A DNA stretch of 64,000 bases from Alphaproteobacteria bacterium (GTDB lineage: Bacteria > Pseudomonadota > Alphaproteobacteria > UBA828): contig CAXXMU010000002.1 in the NCBI GenBank assembly GCA_963667785.2, forward strand, positions 128,001 through 192,000. Direction: 5' to 3'. Of the stretch, positions 41,518-51,310 are shown piece by piece; position 1 is the stretch's first letter; the number at the start of each line of letters is the position of its first letter. Made by a program: the position numbers and the translations under genes. The notes beneath the pieces were generated by a model that saw nothing but the letters and a program-made list of their open reading frames with translations, ran no database searches and was not told the origin of the DNA.

Positions 41518-42279
41518 ATGTCCGAGACCAACGACAAGCCGCTGAGCCGGTACATCCGGGTGCTGGAGACGGTCGCCCACGCCAGGACGGGCGTGACGCT
41601 CACGGACATCGCCAGGGAGCTGGAGCTGCATCCGGGGACGGCGCATCGCCTGATCCGCGGTCTCGTCGCTCTCGACCTGCTGCACAGTCCGGCCGGAACC
41701 AAGAGCTACGTGGCCGGTGCCAGGCTTCAGTCTCTCCTCCACGCGACCATGGACCGCGCGGGCTATGCGGCGTTCGCGAAGTCCGTCCTCGACGGGCTCG
41801 TGGCGGAGTTCGGCGAGACCGCCCATCTGGCGCGGCTGAGCGGCGACTTCGCCGAGTCCGTGCTGATGGAGCAGCCGTCGGGCTCCGACCGCGCCTTCGT
41901 GCAGCCGGGGCGCCAGCTTCCGTTGCACGCGGCGGCGTCGGGCAAGGCGATCCTCGCCTTTCAGGACGAGGACTTCGTGGCGCGCTATCTCACGCGGCCG
42001 CGCGAGCAGTTCACGGAAAGGACCAAGGTCGGCGAGACCGCCATCCGCAACGAGATCGACCGCATTCGCGCCGACGGGATGGCGGTCTGCGACAACGAGC
42101 TCGACAGCGGCGTGCTCAGCTACGGGCACCCGGTGCGGATCGGCGGCGGTCAGGTCCTCTATTCGGTCGGCATCACCGGGCTCGCCGACCGCTTCCGCCC
42201 CATCGATCGCTCCAGGATCAAGCTGAGGCTCTCGGAGGCGGCGGCCGATCTCGGCAGGAGGCTCGGGTTCACAGGCTAA
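41518..42279 (+). CDS. IclR family transcriptional regulator
   Basis: N-terminal HTH (LTDIARELELHPGTAHRL), GETAHL, LPLHAAASGKAILAF. Confidence 0.93.
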   Translation: MSETNDKPLSRYIRVLETVAHARTGVTLTDIARELELHPGTAHRLIRGLVALDLLHSPAGTKSYVAGARLQSLLHATMDRAGYAAFAKSVLDGLVAEFGETAHLARLSGDFAESVLMEQPSGSDRAFVQPGRQLPLHAAASGKAILAFQDEDFVARYLTRPREQFTERTKVGETAIRNEIDRIRADGMAVCDNELDSGVLSYGHPVRIGGGQVLYSVGITGLADRFRPIDRSRIKLRLSEAAADLGRRLGFTG

Positions 42280-42291
42280 GGGAATGTGTCG

Positions 42292-43233
42292 ATGGTCGAC
42301 TCACGCTTGGCGGACATCGTTCGAAACTGCCGGAACACGACGGCCAGCAGCTGCGGCGGCTATCTGGAGCCGACGGCCACGGGTCAGCCGGGAGCCTACG
42401 TCTCGACGATTCTGCTTTCGACCGGCAGCGTCAATCTCGAGCAGTTTCCGGGCTACCCGTTCGAGGAGGATCTGGACCAGGGCATGGCCGAGATCGTGTC
42501 CTACGACCGCGCCGAGTGTAACGATTCCTATATCGGCCAGGTCAACATGCTGCAGGCGTCGTCGTTCAGCGGCGTCAACGGCGCCATCTGGGGCTACGAC
42601 CTGGCGATCGAACCCCGCATCGGCAAGACCTATCCCGTCGGCCGCATCGAGAACATTCCCATCTACTCGCTCATTCCCCTGCGCGACGCCACCCGGCAGC
42701 TCTTCGGCGTCGCCGAGAGCCGGCACTTTCCGCCGCAGGAAGGGGCGATGGTCGTCTGTGCCGAGAAGTACCGGACGAGCACGGTCTCCGACGGCAATCT
42801 CTGGATCTGGTGCGCGCTCGGCTTCGCGATTGCGGAGGATCGCGAGAACCATGCCTGCCTGTTCATGGAAGATACGGGCTCGCTGGCGCTGGGGCCGGAC
42901 GGGGGACAGGCGGTGCGGGAGAGGCTCGACGACAGGCTCAACAGGATCGCCTACGCGGCGTACCTCTGCGGCGTGAACCAAGGCGCGACCTACGAGAAGA
43001 TCTATATCGGCTGGAAGGCGTCCCACATTCCCGAGAACCATGTGGGCTGCGCGCTCGCCTGCGCGCCGTACGTGACGCTGCCGACGGGCGCGTTCAGGAA
43101 CATCACGCCGGAGACGGGCATCCTGGAGCTTTCGACGGACGAGTGGCTGTCCCGGGTCGGCCACTCCAGGGTGGACGAGCCCGACTACGAGCTCGAGACC
43201 CTGACCGGGCCGAACATCCCGGCCGTGCAGTAG
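42292..43233 (+). CDS. hdcA: Pyruvoyl-dependent histidine decarboxylase proenzyme
   Basis: IVSYDRAE, YIGQVNM..ASSF (Ser-Ser self-cleavage site), CAEK, FMED, APYV correspond to the conserved motifs of Lactobacillus-type HdcA. Confidence 0.88.
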   Translation: MVDSRLADIVRNCRNTTASSCGGYLEPTATGQPGAYVSTILLSTGSVNLEQFPGYPFEEDLDQGMAEIVSYDRAECNDSYIGQVNMLQASSFSGVNGAIWGYDLAIEPRIGKTYPVGRIENIPIYSLIPLRDATRQLFGVAESRHFPPQEGAMVVCAEKYRTSTVSDGNLWIWCALGFAIAEDRENHACLFMEDTGSLALGPDGGQAVRERLDDRLNRIAYAAYLCGVNQGATYEKIYIGWKASHIPENHVGCALACAPYVTLPTGAFRNITPETGILELSTDEWLSRVGHSRVDEPDYELETLTGPNIPAVQ

Positions 43234-43279
43234 GCAACGGCTGCCACTCCCGATGGGCCGCTGACCGGAGAGTCGTGCG

Positions 43280-44365
43280 TTGACCGAGACGAGCATAGCG
43301 ATCGACGTGCGTAACGCGGTGAAGCGCTTCGGCGCGGTCACGGCGCTCGCCGGCGCGTCGCTGACGATCCGGGACAACGAGTTTTTCACGCTGCTCGGCC
43401 CTTCGGGCTGCGGCAAGACCACCCTGCTCCGCCTCATCGCCGGCTTCGAGGAGATCACCGAGGGCGAGATCCTCCTCTACGGCGAGGACCTCGGGGCGCT
43501 GCCGCCCAACCGGCGCCCGATCAACACCGTCTTCCAGCACTACGCGCTCTTCCCGCACATGACGGTGGCGGAGAACGTGGCCTTCGGCATGCGGAGGCTC
43601 GGCTGGAGCAAGGCCGACATCGAGGACCGGACGCTGCGCATCCTCGATCTGGTGAAGCTCGGCGACCTCGCGGCGCGGAGGCCCGCCCAGCTTTCGGGCG
43701 GGCAGCAGCAGCGGGTGGCACTCGCCCGCGCCATGGCGCCCCGGCCGAAGGTGCTCCTGCTCGACGAGCCGCTGTCCGCGCTCGACCTCAAGCTGCGTCA
43801 GGCCATGCGGATCGAGCTGAAGCAGATCCAGAAGGATACCGGCATCACCTTCGTCTTCGTCACCCACGACCAGGAAGAGGCGCTGACCATGTCAGACCGC
43901 ATCGCCGTGATGTCGGCGGGCGAGATCCGGCAGGTGGGCACGCCACGCGAGATCTACGAGGCGCCCCTCGACCGCTTCGTGGCCGACTTCATCGGCGAGA
44001 CCAACGTGCTGGACGCGACCGTGCGGCGGGGGCCGGACGATGCACTGACCTGCCACCTTGCCAACGGGGCCGCGTTCCCGTGCCACGCGAGCGTGCCGCC
44101 AGGAGACGGGGCCTTCGCACACGTGCTGATTCGGCCGGAGCGCCTCTCCCTCGTGCCCGAGGCGGTGTGCGACACCGGCCTCACGGGCGTGGTCGACCAG
44201 GCCGTCTACCTCGGCACCGACATCCAGTACGGCGTGCGGCTGGATGGGGGGCCGGACGTCCTGGTCCGCGCGCAGAATGTCGGCGCCGACGCGGTGACCT
44301 ATCGCACCGGTGATCGCGTCGGGCTCGCCATCGCCCCCGGCGCTGCGCGACTGCTGGTGGACTGA
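43280..44365 (+). CDS. potA: Polyamine-type ABC transporter ATP-binding protein
   Basis: GPSGCGKT, INTVFQ.YALFPH, LSGGQQQR, VTHDQEEAL. Confidence 0.88.
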   Translation: MTETSIAIDVRNAVKRFGAVTALAGASLTIRDNEFFTLLGPSGCGKTTLLRLIAGFEEITEGEILLYGEDLGALPPNRRPINTVFQHYALFPHMTVAENVAFGMRRLGWSKADIEDRTLRILDLVKLGDLAARRPAQLSGGQQQRVALARAMAPRPKVLLLDEPLSALDLKLRQAMRIELKQIQKDTGITFVFVTHDQEEALTMSDRIAVMSAGEIRQVGTPREIYEAPLDRFVADFIGETNVLDATVRRGPDDALTCHLANGAAFPCHASVPPGDGAFAHVLIRPERLSLVPEAVCDTGLTGVVDQAVYLGTDIQYGVRLDGGPDVLVRAQNVGADAVTYRTGDRVGLAIAPGAARLLVD

Positions 44366-45291
44366 TGGCCGGCGAGCTCGCCAGCACGCGCGCGGTCTCC
44401 CGCACCTTCGCGCCGGTGCGCACCCACTTGCTGATCCCGACCTGGGTGATCATCGGCTTCTTCCTCGTGGCGCCGGTGCTGATGATGCTCGTCTACTCCT
44501 TCCTGACGAAGGAGTTTCGGGGCGGCGTGATCTGGGACTTCTCGCTCGCGGCCTACGACCAGTTCATCTTCGACCGCGGCCTCTTCGGCGACGATCCGCC
44601 GCAGATCGAGTGGACCTACATCGTCATCTTCGCGCGCTCGATCGTGCAGGCCGCCGTCGCCACCGTGCTCTGCCTCATCATCGGCTTCCCGACCGCCTAC
44701 TTCATCGCGACCCGCTCGCCCGCGACGCGCTCGATGTGGCTCTTCCTGGTGACGGTTCCCTACTGGGTGAACCTGCTCATCCGCACGGTCTCGATGAAGT
44801 TCCTCATCCGCGACAACGGGCCGCTCAACGAGGCGCTGCTCGGTCTCGGGGTCATCAGCGAGCCGATCGCGCTCATCAACACCGATTTCGCCGTGCAGCT
44901 CGGCCTCTTCTACTCGTATCTGCCCTTCATGGTGCTGCCGATCTACGCCTCGGTGGAGCGCTACGACTTCGCCCTTTCGGAGGCGGCGGCCGACCTCTAC
45001 GCCAACCGCTGGACGATCCTGCGCAGGGTGATCCTGCCGATCGTGCGGCCAGGCATCGTGGCGGGCTGCATCCTGGTCTTCGTGCCAAGCCTCGGCGCCT
45101 TCCTCGCGCCCGACCTTCTCGGCGGCGCGAAGAACTTCCTGATCGGCTCGCTGATCGAGGAGCAGTTCAAGGGCAACGCCGGCAACTGGCCCTTCGGCGC
45201 TGCCGCCTCGATGATCCTGCTCTCCCTCGTGCTGATCGCGCTCTTCATCTACGCGCGCCGGCAGGCGCTGCGCAGCGCGAAGGCCGCCTGA
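44365..45291 (+). CDS. potB: Polyamine-type ABC transporter permease
   Basis: [33 protein letters not shown]. Confidence 0.85.
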   Translation: MAGELASTRAVSRTFAPVRTHLLIPTWVIIGFFLVAPVLMMLVYSFLTKEFRGGVIWDFSLAAYDQFIFDRGLFGDDPPQIEWTYIVIFARSIVQAAVATVLCLIIGFPTAYFIATRSPATRSMWLFLVTVPYWVNLLIRTVSMKFLIRDNGPLNEALLGLGVISEPIALINTDFAVQLGLFYSYLPFMVLPIYASVERYDFALSEAAADLYANRWTILRRVILPIVRPGIVAGCILVFVPSLGAFLAPDLLGGAKNFLIGSLIEEQFKGNAGNWPFGAAASMILLSLVLIALFIYARRQALRSAKAA

Positions 45292-45292
45292 G

Positions 45293-46114
45293 ATGCGGCG
45301 CAGGCTCGACATCCGCCGCTATCCCGGCTTCCTGCCGGTGACGATCCTCTGCCTCGTGGTGCTCTACGCGCCGCTGCTGGTGGTGATGGTCTACAGCTTC
45401 AACGACTCGCTCTCGATCACCCGCTGGGGCGGGTTCAGCTTCCGCTGGTACATGGACATCTTCACCGGGCCGGAATCGGCCAAGTTCAAGGATGCGGCGT
45501 GGAACTCGCTCACCATCGCGCTCTGCGCGGCGACGGCCAGTACGACCATCGCCACCGCCGCGGCGGTCGCGATGGTGCGGGGCGGCGCCTTCCGCGGCAA
45601 GGCGCTCAACCTCGCGCTCATCAGCATGCCGATCATGGTGCCGGAGATCGTCACCGCGGTGGCGACGCTGGTCTTCTTCAGCGCCATCGGTTTCACGCTC
45701 GGCTATCTCTCCATTCTCGTCGCCCACATCGTCTTCTGCATTCCGTTCGCGTACCTGCCGATCGCGGCACGCCTGCAGGGGATCGACGGCAGCTACGAGG
45801 AGGCCGCGCAGGATCTTTACGCGAGCCGCTTCCAGGCGTTCCTGCGCGTTCTCATGCCGTTGATGGCGCCCGGCATTCTCGCGGGCTTTCTGCTGGCATT
45901 CATCATCTCGCTGGACGATTTCATCATCACCAACTTCATCAAGGGCGCCGGTATCGAGACCCTGCCCACGGCGATATTCGGGGCCGTGAAGCAGGGCATC
46001 AAACCCAACATCATGGCGCTCAGCACCATCATGCTCTCCGTCTCGATCCTGATCGTCACGCTCTCCTATTTCATCAGCCGGTACGGTCGTCAGGGAACGA
46101 AGGCGGAGGCGTGA
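45293..46114 (+). CDS. potC: Polyamine-type ABC transporter permease
   Basis: [28 protein letters not shown]. Confidence 0.85.
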   Translation: MRRRLDIRRYPGFLPVTILCLVVLYAPLLVVMVYSFNDSLSITRWGGFSFRWYMDIFTGPESAKFKDAAWNSLTIALCAATASTTIATAAAVAMVRGGAFRGKALNLALISMPIMVPEIVTAVATLVFFSAIGFTLGYLSILVAHIVFCIPFAYLPIAARLQGIDGSYEEAAQDLYASRFQAFLRVLMPLMAPGILAGFLLAFIISLDDFIITNFIKGAGIETLPTAIFGAVKQGIKPNIMALSTIMLSVSILIVTLSYFISRYGRQGTKAEA

Positions 46115-46152
46115 GTTTTTTGCGGCAATCAAACTCAACCAAGGAGGCCACA

Positions 46153-47190
46153 ATGCGCTACTTGCTCAAAGCCGGAATGGCGGCGTTGGCCCTGACCCTT
46201 GTCGCAGGCGCGGCACAGGCGCAGGAGAAGCTCTCGATCTACCACTGGTTCGAGTACATCCCGCAGGAGCTGCTGGACAAGTTCTCCGCGGAAACGGGAA
46301 TCGAGGTGACCATGGACACCTTCGATTCCAACGAGGCCATGCTGGCATCGCTCAAGGCCGGCAAGCTCGGCTCCTACGACGTGGCGGTGCCGGGCGATTA
46401 CATGGTCGAGATCATGATCGGCGAAGGCATGCTCGACACCGTCGCGGACGGCGAGCTCGCCAACTTCGCGAACATCGAGCAGCAGTGGCTGGACGTGCCC
46501 TTCGACATGGGCCGCAAGCACTCGATCCCCTACCAGTGGGGCTCGACCAGCTTTTCGGTCAACCGGGACGTCTATCAGGGCGACATCAACGACACCGCCA
46601 TCGTCTACGACCCGCCGGACGAGCTTAAGGGCAGGATCAACGTGCTCGACTCCCAGGGCGAGGTCATGCTGCTGGCTGCCCTCCACCTCGGCATTCCGCA
46701 GTGCTCGACCGACCGCGAGCAGCTCAAGCAGCTCGACGCGCTGCTGCAGGCGGCGAAGCCGCACTGGGCCTCGTTCAACTCCGACGGCGCCAAGGACGTG
46801 CTGGTCTCCGGCGACGCCGCGGTGGGGATGATCTGGAACGGCTTCGGCGCCAAGGCACGCGCCGAGGGCGCCAACATCGAGTACGCCTACCCGCGCCAGG
46901 GTTATGTCGTCTGGATGGACAATGTCGTGCTGCTGAAGGACGCCCCCAACCGGGCCAGCGCGATCAAGTTCATGGACTTCCTGCTGGAGCCGGAGAACAT
47001 CGCCGCGGTCACCAACTACGCGCGCTATGCCGCCGGCGTGACGGGCGTGACTCCGCATCTCGATCCGGAGCTCGCCAGCCAGCCCGAATCGGTGCCGCCG
47101 GCCGACGCGCCTGCCGGCACCTTCGTCGCCGTGTGCGATCAGGCGACGCAGGAGGTCTACGACACCATGTGGACCCGCCTGAAGAAGTAG
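46153..47190 (+). CDS. potD: PotD/PotF-type substrate-binding protein (candidate histamine binder)
   Basis: AAGGAGG RBS, signal peptide, WFEYI, FDSNE, PGDY, PYQWG, WMDN. Confidence 0.85.
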   Translation: MRYLLKAGMAALALTLVAGAAQAQEKLSIYHWFEYIPQELLDKFSAETGIEVTMDTFDSNEAMLASLKAGKLGSYDVAVPGDYMVEIMIGEGMLDTVADGELANFANIEQQWLDVPFDMGRKHSIPYQWGSTSFSVNRDVYQGDINDTAIVYDPPDELKGRINVLDSQGEVMLLAALHLGIPQCSTDREQLKQLDALLQAAKPHWASFNSDGAKDVLVSGDAAVGMIWNGFGAKARAEGANIEYAYPRQGYVVWMDNVVLLKDAPNRASAIKFMDFLLEPENIAAVTNYARYAAGVTGVTPHLDPELASQPESVPPADAPAGTFVAVCDQATQEVYDTMWTRLKK

Positions 47191-47207
47191 ACGTCCGTTA
47201 CCCGTTG

Positions 47208-47243
47208 CCGGGCGGCGCGCTCCAGCGGGGCGCGTCGCGCCGG
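47208..47243 (+). terminator. Imperfect GC-rich stem-loop between binding-protein gene and dehydrogenase
   Basis: CCGGGCGGCGCGC..GCGCGTCGCGCCGG after the stop at 47190; no U-tract. Confidence 0.3.
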
Positions 47244-47274
47244 CCACCCCTGTCTCGGCCGATCGGGTGATCCC

Positions 47275-49347
47275 ATGAGCGTTGATTCGCGTTTCGACAT
47301 TCTGCTTCAGCCCATCGAGATCGGGCCCGTCACCGCCCGCAACCGCTTCTACCAGGTGCCGCATTGCACCGGCATGGGCTACCGCGACCCGACGGCGCTC
47401 GCCCACATGCGCGGCGTCAAGGCCGAAGGGGGCTGGGCCGTGGTCTGCACCGAGCAGGTCGAGTTCCACTGGACCTCGGAGATCACGCCCTTCATCGAGC
47501 TCCGGCTCTGGGACGACCGCGACATTCCGATGCTCGCCAGGATGGCGGAGCACGTCCACGCGCACGGCGCGCTCGCCGGGCTGGAGCTTTGCTACAACGG
47601 CGCGCACGCGCCCAACTTCTATTCGCGCGAAGTGCCGCTGGCGCCGACGGGCCTGCCGGTCGCGAGCTTCAGTTACGAGCCCGTCCAGGCGCGCAGCATG
47701 GACAAGCAGGACATCCGCAACGTCCGCCGCTGGCACAGGGCGGCGGCGCTTCGCGCCCGGCAGGCGGGCTACGACCTGATCTACGTGTACGCCGGCCACG
47801 GGCTGAGCTTCCTCCATCACTTCCTCTCCAGGGAGTTCAATCACCGCACGGACGAATACGGCGGCTCGCTGGAGAACCGCGTCCGGCTCCTCAAGGAGCT
47901 CCTGACCGACACCAGGGAGGCGGTGGGCGACACCTGCGCCGTTCCCTGTCGCCTCTCGATGGACGAGCTGCGCGGGGGCGTCGGGCTGGAGAAGGCCGAG
48001 ACCGAGGACATGATCGGACTCGTGGCCGAGATTCCGGACCTCTGGGACGTCTGCCTCGCCTCCTGGGAGAACGACAGCATGCCGTCCCGCTTCGGCGAGG
48101 AGGGCGGGCAGGAGCCCTACATCGACGGCGTGAAGAAGCTCACCACCAAGCCCGTGGTGGGCGTCGGCCGCTACACCTCGCCCGACCGCATGGCGTCCAT
48201 CATCCGCAAGGGCATCGTCGACCTGATCGGCTGCGCGCGGCCCTCCATCGCCGATCCCTTCCTGCCGCGAAAGGTGGAGGAGGGGCGCATCGAGGACATC
48301 CGCGAGTGCATCGGCTGCAACATCTGCGTCTCCGGCGACTTCACCATGTCGCCCATCCGCTGCACCCAGAACCCGACCATGGGGGAGGAGTGGCGCCGGG
48401 GCTGGCATCCGGAGCGCATCCGGCCGAAGGAGAGCGACAAGCCCGTCCTCGTCGTCGGCGCCGGCCCCGCCGGACTGGAGGCGGCACAGGCGCTCGGCAA
48501 GCGGGGCTACGAGGTGACCCTGGCGGAGCAGGCCACGGAGCTCGGCGGCCGCGTGGCAAAGGAGTGCCGCCTGCCGGGGCTCGCCGCCTGGGGCCGGGTT
48601 CGCGACTGGCGCGTCGAGCAGCTTCACAAGCTGCCGAACGTGAGCGTCTACCTGGATTCACGCCTCGATGCGGAGGCCGTCCTTGAGTTCGGCTGCCCCC
48701 GCGTCGTCATCGCCACCGGGTCGCGCTGGCGCGGCGACGGGGTGGGCCGCCACTGGACGACGCCGGTGCCGACCGGGGACGGCGCGCAGGTGCTGACGCC
48801 CGACGACATCATGGAGGATCGTCTGCCGCAGGGCCGGCGCGTCCTCGTCTGGGACGACGATCACTACTACATGGCCAGCGTGATGGCCGAGCTCCTGGCG
48901 GAGAAGGGCTTCGACACCACCTACGTTACGCCCGCGTCGGAGGCCTCGACCTGGTCGCGCAACACCATGGAGCAGCACTTCGCGCAGGCGCGCATGCTGG
49001 AGAAGGGAATTCGCATCCAGCCGTTCCGGACGCTAAACCGCATCGCGCCGGGCGCGGTCGCGCTCTCGTGCGTTCACACGGGCCGGGAGGAGGAGCTGGA
49101 GGCCGATGCCGTGCTCCTCGTCACCTCCCGCACGCCGTCGGACGAGCTCGCGACCGCGCTCGCGCGCCTGCACGAGAGGTGGTCGGACGCCGGTCTCGAA
49201 GCCGTCGACGCCATCGGCGACGCGCTCGCGCCGGCGACCATCGCGCATGCCGTCTACGCCGGCCGGCGCTACGCGGAGGAGCTCGACGGCCCGGGGGTCA
49301 CGGGCGATGCGGTGCCCTTCAAGCGCGAGCTTGCCGAATTGATCTAG
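47275..49347 (+). CDS. Histamine dehydrogenase (trimethylamine dehydrogenase family; 6-S-cysteinyl-FMN, [4Fe-4S])
   Basis: NRFYQVPHC.GMGYRDP, CTEQVE.H.TS.I.PFIELR.WDD, SWE.DS, CIGCNIC...C motifs match histamine dehydrogenase (Nocardioides type) better than TMADH, as recalled. Confidence 0.85.
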   Translation: MSVDSRFDILLQPIEIGPVTARNRFYQVPHCTGMGYRDPTALAHMRGVKAEGGWAVVCTEQVEFHWTSEITPFIELRLWDDRDIPMLARMAEHVHAHGALAGLELCYNGAHAPNFYSREVPLAPTGLPVASFSYEPVQARSMDKQDIRNVRRWHRAAALRARQAGYDLIYVYAGHGLSFLHHFLSREFNHRTDEYGGSLENRVRLLKELLTDTREAVGDTCAVPCRLSMDELRGGVGLEKAETEDMIGLVAEIPDLWDVCLASWENDSMPSRFGEEGGQEPYIDGVKKLTTKPVVGVGRYTSPDRMASIIRKGIVDLIGCARPSIADPFLPRKVEEGRIEDIRECIGCNICVSGDFTMSPIRCTQNPTMGEEWRRGWHPERIRPKESDKPVLVVGAGPAGLEAAQALGKRGYEVTLAEQATELGGRVAKECRLPGLAAWGRVRDWRVEQLHKLPNVSVYLDSRLDAEAVLEFGCPRVVIATGSRWRGDGVGRHWTTPVPTGDGAQVLTPDDIMEDRLPQGRRVLVWDDDHYYMASVMAELLAEKGFDTTYVTPASEASTWSRNTMEQHFAQARMLEKGIRIQPFRTLNRIAPGAVALSCVHTGREEELEADAVLLVTSRTPSDELATALARLHERWSDAGLEAVDAIGDALAPATIAHAVYAGRRYAEELDGPGVTGDAVPFKRELAELI

Positions 49348-49366
49348 GGAAGCTCGCGGCTTCTCC

Positions 49367-50887
49367 TCAGCGCAGGAACAGGCGGTACGCGGGATTGTCG
49401 CTCTCGTCGCGATAGTCGTAGCCCACCTCGTCGAGAAACGACTGGAAGTCCGCGCGGTCCTCCTGCGGCACCTGCAGACCGATCAGCACCCGGCCGAAAT
49501 CGGAGCCGTGGTTGCGATAGTGGAACATGCTGATGTTCCAGGGCTTGCTCCCCATGCGCGTGAGGAAGTGCATCAGCGCCCCCGGGCGCTCGGGAAAGTC
49601 GAAGCGATAGAGCACCTCGTCGAGCGCACCGGGCGCCCGCCCGCCGACCATGTAGCGCACGTGGAGCTTGGCCATCTCGTTGTCGGTCAGATCGAGCACC
49701 GGGTAGCCGTCGCGCTCCAGCGCATCGATGAGCGAACGCCTGTCGGCGCCGGCACCGCTGATCTCCACGCCCACGAAGATGTGCGCGTCCGCGTCGTCGG
49801 CGAAGCGGTAGTTGAACTCGGTGATCGAGCGGTTGCCGATAAGCTCGCAGAACCGGAGCAGGCTGCCGGGGCGCTCCGGGATGGTCACCGCGAGCAGGAT
49901 CTCCCGCTGCTCGCCGAGCTGGGCCCGCTGGGCGATGTGGCGGAGGCGGTCGAAGTTGACGTTGGCGCCGCTCACCACCGCCGCGAAGCGCCCGCCGCCC
50001 TCCGCGCCCTCCCGCTCGACGTAGCGCTTGAGGCCTGCGACAGCGAGCGCGCCCGCCGGCTCGGCGATCGAGCGCGTGTCCTCGAAGATGTCCTTGATGG
50101 CGGCGCAGATCTCGTCGGTGGAGACCAGCACCACCTCGTCGACGCAGTGCCGTGCGATGCGGAAGGGCTCGGCGCCGATCTGCTTCACCGCCACGCCGTC
50201 GGCGAAGGTGCCGACCTGTTCCAGCACCACCCGCTCGCCCGCCGCGAGCGCCGCATGCAGCGTCGGCGTGTCGCGGGGCTCGACGCCGACGATCCGCGTC
50301 TCGGGCCACAGTGCCTTGATATAGGCGGCGATTCCGGCGATGAGGCCGCCGCCGCCGACGCTCACGAAGATTGCGTCGAAGGGCTCGCCCTGCTGGCGCA
50401 CGATCTCCATCCCCACGGTGCCCTGCCCGGCGATGATCTGCTCGTCGTCATAGGGCGGAATGAGGACCATCCCGCGCTCGGCGGCCAGCGCTTCCGCCCG
50501 CTCCTTCGCACCGTCGTAGGAATCGCCCGCGAGCAGCACCTCGGCGCCGAGCCTCTCGACCGCGTCCACCTTGATACGCGGCGCCGTCTCCGGCATGACG
50601 ATGAGCGCACGGGCGCCGAGCGTGCGCGCAGCCAGCGCCACGCCTTGGGCGTGATTGCCGGCGGACGATGCGACGACCCCCCGCGCCCGCTCCTCGGCGC
50701 TGAGCGACGAGAGCTTGTTGTAGGCGCCGCGCAGCTTGAACGAGAAGACCGGCTGCAGGTCCTCGCGCTTGAGCCATATCCCGGTTCCGAGCCGGGAGGA
50801 GAGCTTCGGCGCGTGCTCGAGGGGGGTCTCGCGCGCCACGTCGTAGACGCGCGCCTTCAGGATCTTCGCGACATAGTCTCGGGACAT
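49367..50887 (-). CDS. ilvA: Threonine ammonia-lyase, biosynthetic
   Basis: KREDLQPVFSFKLRGAYN, SAGNHAQG, two C-terminal regulatory domains (PERPG, FHYRNHG). Confidence 0.96.
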   Translation of the reverse strand: MSRDYVAKILKARVYDVARETPLEHAPKLSSRLGTGIWLKREDLQPVFSFKLRGAYNKLSSLSAEERARGVVASSAGNHAQGVALAARTLGARALIVMPETAPRIKVDAVERLGAEVLLAGDSYDGAKERAEALAAERGMVLIPPYDDEQIIAGQGTVGMEIVRQQGEPFDAIFVSVGGGGLIAGIAAYIKALWPETRIVGVEPRDTPTLHAALAAGERVVLEQVGTFADGVAVKQIGAEPFRIARHCVDEVVLVSTDEICAAIKDIFEDTRSIAEPAGALAVAGLKRYVEREGAEGGGRFAAVVSGANVNFDRLRHIAQRAQLGEQREILLAVTIPERPGSLLRFCELIGNRSITEFNYRFADDADAHIFVGVEISGAGADRRSLIDALERDGYPVLDLTDNEMAKLHVRYMVGGRAPGALDEVLYRFDFPERPGALMHFLTRMGSKPWNISMFHYRNHGSDFGRVLIGLQVPQEDRADFQSFLDEVGYDYRDESDNPAYRLFLR

Positions 50888-51012
50888 GGGGCGGGGCTCG
50901 TTCGTAGGGCGGCGCGCGGGCGCCGGCGCGTCCGCGTCGTGGAGCATGCACATGGGGGCGCGGCGCGGGCGAGTCAACACGCCGGGGCGGCTTGGCAATG
51001 GCGCCGCCTCGC

Positions 51013-51041
51013 TTGCCGGCTGCCTCTGCCTGGCGCTATAA
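51013..51041 (+). promoter_or_regulatory. Putative sigma70 promoter of tRNA-Pro
   Basis: TTGCCG-N17-CTATAA, 50 bp upstream of the tRNA. Confidence 0.5.
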
Positions 51042-51090
51042 GGAGCGCGCGCTCAGGCGGGGCTCCTCCCGCCCGGACGCACCCTTCGGC

Positions 51091-51167
51091 CGGAGTGTAG
51101 CTCAGCCTGGTAGAGCACCGTCTTCGGGAGGCGGGGGTCGGTGGTTCAAATCCACTCACTCCGACCA
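51091..51167 (+). tRNA. tRNA-Pro (anticodon CGG)
   Basis: 77 nt; acceptor CGGAGTG/CACTCCG, anticodon arm CCGTC-TTCGGGA-GGCGG, GGTTCAAATCC T-arm, encoded CCA. Confidence 0.97.
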
Positions 51168-51310
51168 GATTTCGGGACAGTTGACCCGTGCCGCGGGCGG
51201 TCCGCGCCGTACGGCTGCGACGGACACGGGCAATCGACAGCCATGATCCTTGCAGGGAGGCATCGCGCGGGAGCCTGCCTCCGGCCTTCTCCACGACCGG
51301 GGGCGGTATC

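Noticed and set aside
51091-51310. tRNA-Pro as an integration site for the downstream Mo cluster
   Set aside because: No integrase, no duplicated tRNA 3' end seen in the window, composition unchanged.
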